From Verrucomicrobia bacterium UBA1183 (GTDB lineage: Bacteria; Verrucomicrobiota; Verrucomicrobiia; Opitutales; UBA9783), in contig DBYP01000018.1 in NCBI GenBank assembly GCA_002309885.1, forward strand, positions 27,602-91,601: a DNA stretch of 64,000 nucleotides, written 5' to 3'. The translations under genes were made by a program, and so were the position numbers. Position 1 is the stretch's first letter. Each line of letters opens with the position of its first letter. The notes beneath the pieces were generated by a model. The model was not told the origin of the DNA. It ran no database searches and saw only the letters and a program-made list of their open reading frames with translations. Positions 1-9,461 of the stretch are shown one piece after another.

Positions 1-563
1 TCGAGCAGTTGACGCAAACTCCAACCCGCACAATAACCGGAAAACATCGACAAATCGTGCAAATGGAAATCTCCATTCTTGTGCGCATTTGCGACCTTTT
101 CATCGTAGATATGATGCAACCAGTAATTCGCTGTAATCGCACCCGCATTGTGAAGGATCAACCCTCCCAACGAATAATTGATGCTGCTATTCTCGTTAAC
201 ACGCCAGTCGGTCTGATTGAGGTAACCATCCATGATCTTCTCAACGTCCAAAACTAACGCCTTACCTTCGCGCAAACGATTGCGTTGATTGCGATACAAG
301 ATGTAAGCCTTAGCGACTTCGCTGAAGTTCTCATTCATCAAGACCTTTTCAACGATATCCTGGATCTCTTCAACCGCAGGAATGCTCCTCTCGTGGTAGC
401 GCGTATTCAACTCCGCAATCACTTGATCCGTCAACCGCTGGACGACTCCGCCACAGGGCTCTCCTTGGGTCGCTAAGAATGCTTTGTGAATCGCATTAAA
501 GATGCGTTCTTCCTTAAAAGGGACGATCGCACCATCTCTTTTTATTATCTTTTTTATTGCCAT
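1..563 (-). CDS. nrdD: anaerobic (class III) ribonucleoside-triphosphate reductase, N-terminal part; the gene runs off the left edge of the window
   Basis: Absent from the ORF track because it is truncated. Hand translation of the minus strand from the ATG (rc of cat 561-563) gives MAIKKIIKRDGAIVPFKEERIFNAIHKAF (ATP-cone), then NENSSINYSLGGL and ANYWLHHIYDEKVANAHKNGDFHLHDLSMFSGYCAGWSLRQLL. The frame stays open to position 1. Confidence 0.8.
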   Translation of the reverse strand, partial: MAIKKIIKRDGAIVPFKEERIFNAIHKAFLATQGEPCGGVVQRLTDQVIAELNTRYHERSIPAVEEIQDIVEKVLMNENFSEVAKAYILYRNQRNRLREGKALVLDVEKIMDGYLNQTDWRVNENSSINYSLGGLILHNAGAITANYWLHHIYDEKVANAHKNGDFHLHDLSMFSGYCAGWSLRQLL

Positions 564-759
564 AATTTCGTGATTTTTAGATGCCGACAGACGGCGAGAC
601 ACCGATCCCAACCCCCTGACACATCGAGTACATACTTATTTTCTTAATTTTAAAAACTACCGTCAAGAGGTTTTACATAAAAAAAATTAAATTCGCTAAA
701 AAACGTACCTTAACACCCTCTCTGTGCCAAAAAAATTTGCTTTGTTTTCCGTAGGAACG

Positions 760-814
760 TTTTCCCTTTTTTGTCAAGTACAGAATTGACGAAAGGGGAA
801 AAGCTGAATTTCCC
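760..814. other. overlapping alternative hairpins in the vapC-nrdD spacer
   Basis: TTTTCCCTTTTTTGTCAA..TTGACGAAAGGGGAAAA (760-802) forms an imperfect palindrome. The same GGGGAAAA can instead pair with TTTCCC at 809-814. Function is unknown, and it may be a relic of the H1 repeat module. Confidence 0.3.
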
Positions 815-904
815 GAGGAAACAGCCAATTTTACTACACTTTTATCTGAAATTTAACAGGGAAAAACACTTTAAGAAATGCTTCTTCGATACAAATATAT
901 CCAC

Positions 905-1318
905 TCACGCTACCAACTTAACTTTCTCAGCTTTGGCCGCCTCGATAAGCTGTTGGTCATAAGTCGCTAGCGGAACTTTTAGGTCAATCGCAAGCTGCAA
1001 ATACGACGCATCATAGAAGGTCAAATTGTGCTTTTGGGCAAGATCGAATACTTTTATAAAATCAACTTCTTTTTTATGGGCAAAGGATAAAAATGATAAA
1101 CTTTCTCTCGCTGCCATTGTATCAAAAATATGTTTTTTACATTTGCTTAGCATGACATTGCCGATTTCGTAGTACAAAAGTTCGGGCAACGCAAAACAGA
1201 GTTCATTACGCGATTCTGATTCAAAAATCCAATTGAATCTCTCAGATTTTGGCGATTCAAAAGCTTCAATCAAGTAAGAACAATCAACAACCGCTTTAAT
1301 ATTTTCGTCCTTCATCAC
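905..1318 (-). CDS. vapC: PIN-domain toxin (VapC-like)
   Basis: 137 aa. Acidic PIN pattern: VVDCSYLIEAF near the N-terminus, YYEIGN, and TFYDASYLQLA..LATYD near the C-terminus. It overlaps the upstream antitoxin gene by 23 nt. Confidence 0.8.
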   Translation of the reverse strand: MMKDENIKAVVDCSYLIEAFESPKSERFNWIFESESRNELCFALPELLYYEIGNVMLSKCKKHIFDTMAARESLSFLSFAHKKEVDFIKVFDLAQKHNLTFYDASYLQLAIDLKVPLATYDQQLIEAAKAEKVKLVA

Positions 1319-1514
1319 GATAAGCTTTAATTTCTTCTTGTGTGGATTGAGCGCTATTCTTTGAATTAATAATCATTCGATAGCGGATATAATCTATCGT
1401 AGGAATCAACATAAAAGATTTATTTTTGTGTCTAATTTCTACAGGATTTTTTTCATAATTGTTAATTATCGTAAATAAATTGCTTCTAAAGGTCGTGGCG
1501 GATATTGCATTCAT
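1296..1514 (-). CDS. Phd/YefM-type antitoxin
   Basis: The track ORF 1296..1556 starts at TTG. The ATG at 1514 gives MNAISATTFRSNLFTIINNYEKNPVEIRHKNKSFMLIP, the typical Phd/YefM N-terminal beta-alpha pattern. Its 3-prime end overlaps the vapC start. Confidence 0.7.
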   Translation of the reverse strand: MNAISATTFRSNLFTIINNYEKNPVEIRHKNKSFMLIPTIDYIRYRMIINSKNSAQSTQEEIKAYRDEGRKY

Positions 1515-1600
1515 GTACTTATTTAACAAATTTATATGTACATCTGTCAAGGTCAAATTTTGCCAACTAGGACGTGTCTACATAAACTAGAAATATTACG

Positions 1601-1730
1601 TTTTTGAGAGATCTTTTGTAAAAGATCTTCCAAACCCTCTCAAAATTTTTATGTTTTTGCAACCCTGTTGCAAAAAAAATGAAACGTTTTTGAGGGTTTA
1701 AGGGAACTTTTTTCAAAAAATTCCCTCAGG
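1601..1730 (-). repeat. three-hairpin intergenic repeat, full-length copy, reverse orientation
   Basis: Plus strand reads TTTTTGAGAGATCTTTTGTAAAAGATCTTCC (H3), CAAACCCTCTCAAAA, TTGCAACCCTGTTGCAA (H2, 1657-1673), GTTTTTGAGGG, TAAGGGAACTTTTTTCAAAAAATTCCCTC (H1). It lies 20 nt downstream of the rsmE stop. Confidence 0.9.
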
Positions 1731-1750
1731 ATTTAAGCTTTTATAACTTT

Positions 1751-2488
1751 TTATCTCCTGTAGACACACTCTAACTGACTTTTCAAAACCGCGGCCAGCG
1801 CTACCACAGCGGTTTCGACACGCATAATGCAAGTGGGTAAATGAATAGGTATTGCGAATTGTCTTAAAAAAATTTCTTCTTGTGTCGAAAAACCGCCTTC
1901 CGGCCCTACAATACAAGAAATCAAAGGTTCTGTTTTTAGATTAAAGTGTGCTGTAAAATCGGCTTCCACGCTTCCGAAATAGCAACCGCCCAAATCCATC
2001 TTAGGAAGTTCATTCCAAGGAACCATCGCGTGCAATCGAGGCAAAAACGGATTTTTGGCTTGCTTGCAAGATTCCTGCAAAATACGCTGAAAACGCTCTT
2101 GGCGCTTGTTCCAAAGCTCGGAACGCCAAGCAGCTCTTTCGGTTCGTTCGCTTAAAACAGGATAGATATTTTGAATACCCAACTCGCAAGCTTTACGCAG
2201 AATATCCTCAAAAGTAGCCATATTGTTGGGCAAACATTGAACCAGATTAAAATTCATCTTCGGAACAGGAACCTCAACCATAGGCTCCAAAAACTCCACA
2301 CTTCCGGCCTTTTTGCTGAAATGCAATCGTCCCAAACGCAATCTGCCACAGCCATCAAATGAGATAATCTCAGCACCCTCCCCGATGCGCAAAACGTGAA
2401 ACAAATGCCGAAAAGACTCATCTGAAAGCTTATAATCGTGCGATAAATCCTCGCAAAATGTCCAAGGGTGGTGGATGTACTGCGTCAC
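1751..2488 (-). CDS. rsmE: 16S rRNA (uracil1498-N3)-methyltransferase RsmE
   Basis: C-terminal GPEGGFS and MRVETA motifs, with an [15 protein letters not shown]-terminal PUA-like region. The track start 2515 overlaps clpX. The GTG at 2488 forms a GTGA overlap with the clpX stop and is the more plausible start. Confidence 0.8.
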   Translation of the reverse strand: MTQYIHHPWTFCEDLSHDYKLSDESFRHLFHVLRIGEGAEIISFDGCGRLRLGRLHFSKKAGSVEFLEPMVEVPVPKMNFNLVQCLPNNMATFEDILRKACELGIQNIYPVLSERTERAAWRSELWNKRQERFQRILQESCKQAKNPFLPRLHAMVPWNELPKMDLGGCYFGSVEADFTAHFNLKTEPLISCIVGPEGGFSTQEEIFLRQFAIPIHLPTCIMRVETAVVALAAVLKSQLECVYRR

Positions 2489-3798
2489 TGAAGTATCGGC
2501 TGTGCACCTGAGCAAACAACCGCTTTCGTAATGGTAATCGTTTTAATCGACTTATCTTTCGACACCGTAAAGAAAGCATCCATCATCAATTGTTCAATAA
2601 TGGAGCGCAACGCGCGAGCTCCAGTCTTCAGCTCCAGTGCCTTTTCAATAATCGCATCAATCGCATCCGGCTCCAACACGAGCTTAACCCCTTCCATCGC
2701 AAACAGCTTTTCATATTGCAATAGCAATGCATTCTTCGTTTTTGTTAGAATGAAAACCAAATCCTCTTTCGTCAATTCACGCAATACCGAAACGACCGGC
2801 AAACGACCGACAAATTCAGGAATCATGCCGAATTTAATCAAATCCTCCGCTTGAACGTTCTGCTCCATAAACGAGGAACCCTGTTCATCAAATTTCGAAC
2901 GATCCTTATCAAACCCAAGCACATTGCAACCCAAACGTTCAGAAATGATTTTATCCAAACCAACGAACGCTCCGCCACAGATAAACAAAATATTGGCGGT
3001 ATTGACGCGAATATATTCCTGCTCAGGATGCTTACGACCTCCTTTGGGCGGAACATTACATTCGGTACCCTCCAAAATTTTCAGCAAAGCCTGCTGTACG
3101 CCCTCGCCAGAAACATCACGCGTTATAGAAACATTGCTCGTTTTACGACCAATCTTGTCGATTTCGTCCACATAAATGATACCCATTTCTGCTCTTGCAA
3201 CATCATAATCTGCCGCCTGCAAAAGCCTTAAAACGATATTCTCAACATCCTCACCGACGTAACCGGCTTCGGTCAAGGTCGTCGCATCCGCAATTGCAAA
3301 AGGTACGTTCAAGGTTCGAGCCAACGTACGTGCCAATAACGTTTTTCCGCTTCCGGTAGGCCCTACAAACAAAATATTGCTCTTCTCTACCTCAACATCG
3401 CTCAACGCTTCCGGAATTTTTTCAGAAAAATGCAGCGAATCTTCCAGCTCAAAATGCTCTATGCCTTTTTGCAAAACAAGCCGCTTGTAGTGGTTGTAAA
3501 CTGCGACGGCCAATGTCTTTTTGGCGTGCTCCTGACCTACAATGTAGTCATCCAATACCTTTTTTATAGAACTGGGTGAAAGCACTTTCAAGGCCTTCTC
3601 GGGCTTCGCTTCGTTGTTTACATTCGGAATAGGGACTTCTGTCAAAAGAGATTCATCTACCGGCGCGCCAACCATTCGACGGCAAATTTCCAAGCAATCC
3701 GTACAGATACCCGCGCTACCATCCGGCGAAGAAATCAACTTCTTCACTTGGCTGGCATGACGACCACAAAAGGAACAAAACAATGAATCCTTAGCCAT
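2485..3798 (-). CDS. clpX: ATP-dependent Clp protease ATP-binding subunit ClpX
   Basis: 437 aa. N-terminal zinc finger CSFCGR..CTDC, Walker A GPTGSGKT, Walker [10 protein letters not shown], and an IGF-like loop LGFD. Confidence 0.97.
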   Translation of the reverse strand: MAKDSLFCSFCGRHASQVKKLISSPDGSAGICTDCLEICRRMVGAPVDESLLTEVPIPNVNNEAKPEKALKVLSPSSIKKVLDDYIVGQEHAKKTLAVAVYNHYKRLVLQKGIEHFELEDSLHFSEKIPEALSDVEVEKSNILFVGPTGSGKTLLARTLARTLNVPFAIADATTLTEAGYVGEDVENIVLRLLQAADYDVARAEMGIIYVDEIDKIGRKTSNVSITRDVSGEGVQQALLKILEGTECNVPPKGGRKHPEQEYIRVNTANILFICGGAFVGLDKIISERLGCNVLGFDKDRSKFDEQGSSFMEQNVQAEDLIKFGMIPEFVGRLPVVSVLRELTKEDLVFILTKTKNALLLQYEKLFAMEGVKLVLEPDAIDAIIEKALELKTGARALRSIIEQLMMDAFFTVSKDKSIKTITITKAVVCSGAQPILQ

Positions 3799-3801
3799 GA
3801 G

Positions 3802-4398
3802 CTATTTTTGGGGATTGTTAACGATAACGTGATCCACCAAGCCGTAATCCGCAGCCTCTTGAGCCGATAAAAAGAAATCGCGATCGGAATCCTTTTCGAT
3901 TTGCTCTACCGATTTTTTGCTATGTTCAGCTAAAATCGTATTAATCGTTGAACGCCAACGAAGAATCTCCTTCGCCGCAATAGAAATATCGGAAGCCTGC
4001 CCTGTAACGCCACCCGACGGTTGATGTATCATAACGCGGCTATGAGGCAACGCATAACGCTTACCTTGGGTTCCTGCAGCCAATAAAACCGTCGCCATAC
4101 TTGCTGCCTGCCCAACGCAATACGTTACAATATCACAATGTAAAAATTGCATCGTATCGTAGATGGCCATACCTGCAGTTACACTTCCACCCGGACAATT
4201 TATGTAGAGATGAACATCCTTCTTAGGATCTTCCATCTGCAAAAACAACATCTGCGCAATAACACCATTCGCAACAAAATCATCAATGGGCGTACCAATA
4301 AAAATGATTCTGTCTTTCAGCAAACGGCTGTAGATATCCCAGGCTTTTTCTCCGCGACCATCGCGCTCGTAAACGTAAGGCAAAGGCAGGTAATTCAT
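3802..4398 (-). CDS. clpP: ATP-dependent Clp protease proteolytic subunit ClpP
   Basis: 198 aa. Catalytic-triad context GQAASMA, MIHQP and DRD. Sits in the tig-clpP-clpX order. Confidence 0.97.
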   Translation of the reverse strand: MNYLPLPYVYERDGRGEKAWDIYSRLLKDRIIFIGTPIDDFVANGVIAQMLFLQMEDPKKDVHLYINCPGGSVTAGMAIYDTMQFLHCDIVTYCVGQAASMATVLLAAGTQGKRYALPHSRVMIHQPSGGVTGQASDISIAAKEILRWRSTINTILAEHSKKSVEQIEKDSDRDFFLSAQEAADYGLVDHVIVNNPQK

Positions 4399-4399
4399 A

Positions 4400-5701
4400 T
4401 CACTTCTCTTTCTTGTTCAAGGTATCGAATAACCAGTTGATCATCTTCGCCTGAAATGCCTTCCCTTGAATGGCATTGCGTTCGGCTTCGTCCTTTTGAA
4501 CCATCTGTATCAACTTTTGCGGTGTTATATGGCGCTGAGCTGCTTCTTGAACCAAAACACGTTCGATATCCTGGGTTTCCAGCTGCAATTTTTCATCCTT
4601 GAATATCTTTTCGAAGCACAAATTGAGCTTGATACGATCACGTGCAATCGTTTGAGCTTTCTCAAATAAAGCCCCTTTCTGCTCTTCCAATGCCGCATTC
4701 TTTATGCCATGCGACGAAAACAGATTGACCATCTCCTGCAATACTTTTTGCGTTTCAGCATAAACCCAAGAGGGCGGTAAATCACAGGCAACCGATTGAA
4801 TCAAAAATTCCGAAATTTTTTGTTTCTGCTGTGCCGCAAATTCTTGCTCCTTGCGAGAACGGATCGTCTTCTCTGCAAACTGCTTAAGGTCTTCCAAACT
4901 TTTAACCTGAAACTGCTTGAAAAATGCCTCGTTCAATTCCGGTAGCTTAACTTCACGCACTTCTGCGATTTCAACCGTATAGACAGCTTCCTTTTGTTGC
5001 AATTCTTTTACAGCAAACGTTTTCGGGAATTTGACCTTAATCTCCTTCTTATCGCCAGCTTTCAGCCCTTTTATCCCTTTAACAATTTCCGGAATGCCCA
5101 CTTCGTCCGTCGCATCAACTTCTTCCCAAGTCGTTTTCTGTGTTGTCCAAATGTGGGGTACGCCCTGAAATTCATCCACCGGACGCCCTTCTACATTACC
5201 AGAATAAGACAATTTTACATAATCTTTCGATTGCGCGGGACGATCGACCACATCATAGGAAGCTTGCTGCTTTTGCAAACGTTCGATGAAGTCCTGAACT
5301 TCGGATTCAGAAACCTCGATTTTGGATTCATCCAACTTAAATTTCTTATAATCCGGCAACTCAAACTCTGGCTGCAACTCGATCTCCAGCTCCAAAACCT
5401 GCCCCTTGTCTTGCTCGCTGAAATCAGTCTTACTGATAGCAACCACATTCAGTTTATCTTCGTTCTTCAGGTGTTCAAGCGCTTTCGAAATCAATTCTTG
5501 ACGAAATTCCGACGTTAAAGCATCTCCAAAGCGTTGCTTAAGGATCTCAAAAGGCACCTTCCCTTTACGGAACCCCGATAATACAGCCTGGGACTGCGCT
5601 TTCTTTAAAACCGTATTTTGGACATCTTCACAAAGCTTGCCATCAAACGTAACCGTTACCTTCTTCGAAACCGAATTGATAGATTCAATATGTGTTTTCA
5701 C
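4400..5701 (-). CDS. tig: trigger factor
   Basis: 433 aa. N-terminal ribosome-binding motif GFRKGKVP, a central FKBP-like region, and a position immediately upstream of clpP. Confidence 0.93.
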   Translation of the reverse strand: MKTHIESINSVSKKVTVTFDGKLCEDVQNTVLKKAQSQAVLSGFRKGKVPFEILKQRFGDALTSEFRQELISKALEHLKNEDKLNVVAISKTDFSEQDKGQVLELEIELQPEFELPDYKKFKLDESKIEVSESEVQDFIERLQKQQASYDVVDRPAQSKDYVKLSYSGNVEGRPVDEFQGVPHIWTTQKTTWEEVDATDEVGIPEIVKGIKGLKAGDKKEIKVKFPKTFAVKELQQKEAVYTVEIAEVREVKLPELNEAFFKQFQVKSLEDLKQFAEKTIRSRKEQEFAAQQKQKISEFLIQSVACDLPPSWVYAETQKVLQEMVNLFSSHGIKNAALEEQKGALFEKAQTIARDRIKLNLCFEKIFKDEKLQLETQDIERVLVQEAAQRHITPQKLIQMVQKDEAERNAIQGKAFQAKMINWLFDTLNKKEK

Positions 5702-5712
5702 GAATTCCCTCT

Positions 5713-6132
5713 TTATTTACTTTTTACACTAAATGCTCCCGGCCCAATAAACGAAAATGCTGCGCTGAGGATAATCAAAATACTCAGCGGTGTGTAAGGC
5801 GGCAGAAAGAAAAATTTCCACGATAAAACCTTCCACGCCCCGATCAATCCCATCAGCAATAACGTTAATGTTGCCAATCTAAAATAGAAACCAAGAATAA
5901 TGAACAATCCCGTCCAGATAAAGGTAAACGCCGCCAGGATTCCCCAAAACACATCTGAAAAGGGAAATCCCAAAGCGACCGCCGCATGCCCTAAATGTTT
6001 TAACGCAAAAACATCCCTAAAACAGCAGATGCTGTAAACAATTAGGCAGCTCCCAAAGAAAAATCGAAATAGCAACAAGCCAAAGTTTTCCTTCTCCAGC
6101 CAACATCCAATCTTTGAAAACCAAGAGAGCAT
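5713..6132 (-). CDS. DoxX-family small membrane protein
   Basis: 139 aa with four hydrophobic segments. RFFFG near the N-terminus and a C-terminal GPGAFSV match the DoxX pattern. Confidence 0.55.
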   Translation of the reverse strand: MLSWFSKIGCWLEKENFGLLLFRFFFGSCLIVYSICCFRDVFALKHLGHAAVALGFPFSDVFWGILAAFTFIWTGLFIILGFYFRLATLTLLLMGLIGAWKVLSWKFFFLPPYTPLSILIILSAAFSFIGPGAFSVKSK

Positions 6133-6164
6133 ACGTACCTATAACCTATTAAAAAAACTAAAAC

Positions 6165-6431
6165 TTACTTAGCGTTCGCCGAAACAGACTTTGCCTCTGC
6201 CTTCTTCGGAGCTGGCTTATTCTTCTCTACCTTCTCGAAGTAAAACTTACCAGAAACTTCATCATATTCCAAAACATACGCATCTTTTCCTTTGGAAGCA
6301 TCCCCCCAGAAAACAGTACTCTTACCTGTCTTGGGATTGATAAAGTCCTGCGCTACATAATCCGCTAGTAAACCGGAACCCGACAAAGCAACCGAAGTTG
6401 CTAAAAATGCAAAACATTTTTTCATATCCAT
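6165..6431 (-). CDS. small secreted protein of unknown function
   Basis: 88 aa with signal-peptide-like MDMKKCFAFLATSVALSGSGLLA and a lysine/alanine-rich tail. No recognisable family. Confidence 0.5.
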   Translation of the reverse strand: MDMKKCFAFLATSVALSGSGLLADYVAQDFINPKTGKSTVFWGDASKGKDAYVLEYDEVSGKFYFEKVEKNKPAPKKAEAKSVSANAK

Positions 6432-6570
6432 AGTTTTTCTACGCCCACCATAATTGGGTAAATCGCCTCTCCCGTCAAGCTCTGTTTATAGAAAAGTTGT
6501 CATAGGAGAAACAAGCAGATTATACGCACACAGGATAGGCAAAACACAAAAAACAACCAACAAAAAACAT

Positions 6571-6713
6571 AAGGGAACTTTTTAAAAAGCTTCCTTTAAG
6601 CTCTCAAAAACTTTTTCCTTATTTTGCAACACGATTGCAAAATGACTGGGGTGCAGGGCCTCTGCCCTGTTTTTAAGGGAGTTTGAAGGATTTTTTGAAA
6701 AATCCCTCAAAAA
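6571..6713 (+). repeat. three-hairpin intergenic repeat, long variant with GC cassette, forward orientation
   Basis: AAGGGAACTTTTTAAAAAGCTTCCTTTAA (H1), CTCTCAAAAAC, TTGCAACACGATTGCAA (H2), AATGACTGGGGTGCAGGGCCTCTGCCCTGTTTTT (GC cassette), AAGGGAG, TTGAAGGATTTTTTGAAAAATCCCTCAA (H3). It lies in the divergent spacer 96 nt upstream of the alaS ATG. Confidence 0.9.
6654..6674 (+). terminator. intrinsic-terminator-like hairpin inside the repeat
   Basis: CAGGGC-CTCT-GCCCTG, a perfect 6-bp GC stem followed by TTTTT. No plus-strand gene is annotated upstream, so its role is uncertain. Confidence 0.4.
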
Positions 6714-6809
6714 TGTAATTCTTAACTCATTTAGATACTATCTGGATTTTCTTCAGAAACCTTCCGAAAAAGATTGCTTATTTACGTGGGTTCTTCTACT
6801 AATAAGAGC

Positions 6810-9461
6810 ATGACATCCGACGAGATTCGCGAAAGTTTTTTGCAGTTTTTTATCCAAAAAGGACATCATATCGTTCCTTCTTGCTCGCTTTTACCGGAAG
6901 CACCCAACTTGCTCTTTACCAACGCTGGCATGAATCCGTTCGTTCCTTATTTCTTGGGAGAACGGACACCGAAGTATTTGAGGGTTGCAGATACGCAGAA
7001 ATGCATTCGCGCCGGAGGGAAACACAACGATTTGGAAGAAGTCGGTTTTGATACCTACCATCATACATTCTTTGAAATGTTGGGGAATTGGTCCTTTGGC
7101 GACTATTTCAAAAAAGAAGCCATCCAATGGGCGTGGGAATTGTTAACACAGGTTTGGCATTTCCCCAAGGAACGCCTTTACGCTACTGTTTACAAGCCCA
7201 ATGAAGGCGATCCCGCCGAATTTGACCAAGAAGCGTACGATTTTTGGAAGGAAATTTTCCTCAAGGAAGGCTTGGATCCGAAAACGCACATCGTGTATGG
7301 CAATAAGAAGGACAATTTCTGGATGATGGGCGATACCGGCCCCTGTGGTCCTTGCTCTGAGATTCATATAGATTTGACTCCAAAAGGCGATACGAAGGGG
7401 GCTTTGGTCAATAAAGGCGATGTACGTTGTATAGAAATTTGGAATTTAGTGTTCATGCAGTACAACGCGCTTTCGGACGGTACTTGGGAACGGCTAAAGA
7501 ACCGATATGTCGATACCGGCATGGGCTTTGAGCGCGTCGCGGGTATTTTCGCAACAACAAAGAATTTTACCGACTTTTCAAAAGTTACTTCCAATTACGA
7601 TAGCGATCTTTTTGCGCCTATTTTTCAGGCATTGGAACGGCAATCTGGGCATACCTACAGCGGCAAGATTCCGTCCCCGAGCGCACAAAATGATGACGAG
7701 GCCATGGCGGATTGCGCCTTCCGGATCATCGCGGATCACATTCGTACGCTATCTTTTGCAATCGCCGATGGTATTTTGCCGGGAAATGAGGGACGAAATT
7801 ATGTTCTACGCCGCATCGCAAGACGCGCCATTCTGTTCGGAAGGAAGCTAAAACTGCCTTCCGGATTTTTCGCCGATCTCAGCGCAGTTGTTATCGAAAA
7901 AATGGGGAAACACTTCCCAGAATTGGGGCAGCATGCGGAAACTATAAAAAAAGTTATTAGCAAAGAAGAAATGGCGTTTAACGAAACTCTGTCGCGTGGC
8001 TTACATCTGTTTGAACGCTGGCTGGAAGAAGGTATAGCGTCTATATCGGGCGATAAATCTTTCTTGCTATACGATACTTACGGTTTTCCTCTAGACTTGA
8101 CGCAGTTGTTAGCAAAAGAACATGGGATAGATGTCGATTGCAAAGGATTCGAGCAAGCCATGCAAGAACAGAAAGATCGATCGCGGGCATCGCAAAAGAA
8201 GTCAGCGATTGTATTGAACCATGGCGGTTCTGAAACACGATTTGTGGGTTACGATGAAGCAAATCTTACGCATTGGGAAACCCAACTCGTAAACGTTGAA
8301 CAGCAGGACGATAATGTATACATTGTCACCGAAAGTAGCCCGTTCTATGGTGAAAAAGGCGGACAAGTGGGAGATACAGGTTGGATTTTATTAGCAGATG
8401 GACAAAAAATCGCTATTATCAACACCGTTTGGCAGCAGAAAACCTTGTTGCATCAGATTCAAAAAACCGACCTTTCGAAAATTGAAAATTGTGTAAATCA
8501 GCCAGTTCAGCTTTCGGTCGATACAGAACGTCGCAAAGCGATTTCGCGCAATCACAGTGCAACACACCTCTTACATTGGGCTTTGCGAAAGGTTGTCGGT
8601 GAACACGTCCATCAAGCCGGATCTTGGGTCTCCGATCATTGCTTCCGTTTCGATTTCTCTCATTTCGAAAAATTAACAACGGAACAGCTTCAAAACATCG
8701 AACAATTGTGCAATGAACGCATTTTAGCTAACGATACTGTCTTTACCGAAGAAACCGATTTCGATAAAAAGCCTGAAAATTGTTTAGCATTTTTTAGCGA
8801 TAAATACGGCAATCGCGTTCGCGTGGTACACTTAGGGGATTTTTCGCTGGAACTGTGTGGTGGAACCCATGTTCATGCAACCGGAGAATTGGGGCAGATA
8901 AAGATTTTGCAAGAAACCGCGGTGGCTTCGGGTGTACGAAGGATAGAAGCCATAACCGGCCTCTACGCCTATCAATATAATGCAAAGTTGGAAAAACAGC
9001 TCAAACAGTTAGAGGTCGTATTTGAATGCCCGTGTTGCAAAATTCTCGAAAAATATCAACGTGCGCTCGATCAAAAGAAACAGTTTGAAGCGATGTATCG
9101 GCAATCGCTGCAGAAAGATAGCTCCAACGTCGTACAGAAGCAACAAGCTATCGATGGTTTAAATTGCGTGCAGTTCTGCCTGCAAACCATTGATATGAAT
9201 ACGTTGCGGAGTTTGGGGAAGTCGTACTTTACACAAAACAAAGTCGATGTCCTTTGGGCTGCCGGCGAAAATGACGGTAAAGGGTTCGTGCTTGTCTTCT
9301 GTTCCGACAAGGCCATAGCGCAACACAAAGAAGCTAACGCTTTAATTCAAGGCTTTTTGAATCCGTTAGGCGCCAATGGTGGTGGGAAAACCGATTTTGC
9401 AACCGGCGGCATAAAAGACGTGGCTGTACTGAAAACCCATTGGGGAAAGTTGTCGTTCTAA
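6810..9461 (+). CDS. alaS: alanine--tRNA ligase
   Basis: The track ORF starts at 6774. The ATG at 6810 gives MTSDEIRESFLQFFIQKGHHIVPS, the canonical AlaRS N-terminus. FTNAGM, GGKHNDLE, the HSATHLLH editing-domain motif and a C-terminal DHHA1-like GGG are all present. Confidence 0.97.
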   Translation: MTSDEIRESFLQFFIQKGHHIVPSCSLLPEAPNLLFTNAGMNPFVPYFLGERTPKYLRVADTQKCIRAGGKHNDLEEVGFDTYHHTFFEMLGNWSFGDYFKKEAIQWAWELLTQVWHFPKERLYATVYKPNEGDPAEFDQEAYDFWKEIFLKEGLDPKTHIVYGNKKDNFWMMGDTGPCGPCSEIHIDLTPKGDTKGALVNKGDVRCIEIWNLVFMQYNALSDGTWERLKNRYVDTGMGFERVAGIFATTKNFTDFSKVTSNYDSDLFAPIFQALERQSGHTYSGKIPSPSAQNDDEAMADCAFRIIADHIRTLSFAIADGILPGNEGRNYVLRRIARRAILFGRKLKLPSGFFADLSAVVIEKMGKHFPELGQHAETIKKVISKEEMAFNETLSRGLHLFERWLEEGIASISGDKSFLLYDTYGFPLDLTQLLAKEHGIDVDCKGFEQAMQEQKDRSRASQKKSAIVLNHGGSETRFVGYDEANLTHWETQLVNVEQQDDNVYIVTESSPFYGEKGGQVGDTGWILLADGQKIAIINTVWQQKTLLHQIQKTDLSKIENCVNQPVQLSVDTERRKAISRNHSATHLLHWALRKVVGEHVHQAGSWVSDHCFRFDFSHFEKLTTEQLQNIEQLCNERILANDTVFTEETDFDKKPENCLAFFSDKYGNRVRVVHLGDFSLELCGGTHVHATGELGQIKILQETAVASGVRRIEAITGLYAYQYNAKLEKQLKQLEVVFECPCCKILEKYQRALDQKKQFEAMYRQSLQKDSSNVVQKQQAIDGLNCVQFCLQTIDMNTLRSLGKSYFTQNKVDVLWAAGENDGKGFVLVFCSDKAIAQHKEANALIQGFLNPLGANGGGKTDFATGGIKDVAVLKTHWGKLSF

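Noticed and set aside
564..700. A search of the nrdD upstream region for NrdR boxes or a cobalamin riboswitch.
   Set aside because: I could find no pair of 16-bp NrdR-type palindromes and no B12-box-like conserved core by eye. The only features are a weak TTGACG -35-like hexamer (651-656, minus strand) and a small GCCG-ACAGA-CGGC hairpin. This is not enough to call a regulatory element.
2531..5518. Plus-strand ORFs of 100-174 aa inside clpX (2531..2854, 2851..3231, 2924..3175) and tig (4994..5518).
   Set aside because: They are fully embedded antisense to strongly supported conserved genes and have low-complexity, family-less translations. These are typical shadow ORFs.
9440..9460. Track start codons such as 9440 (ligase), 6774 (alaS), 16201 (trxB), 19656 (rho), 43000 (gpmA), 56457 (ankyrin), 55749 (methyltransferase) and 58192 (TVP38).
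   Set aside because: These are TTG, GTG or far-upstream starts chosen by longest-ORF logic. In each case an in-frame ATG lies a few codons downstream and coincides with the conserved protein N-terminus or a signal peptide. The shorter coordinates were therefore used.
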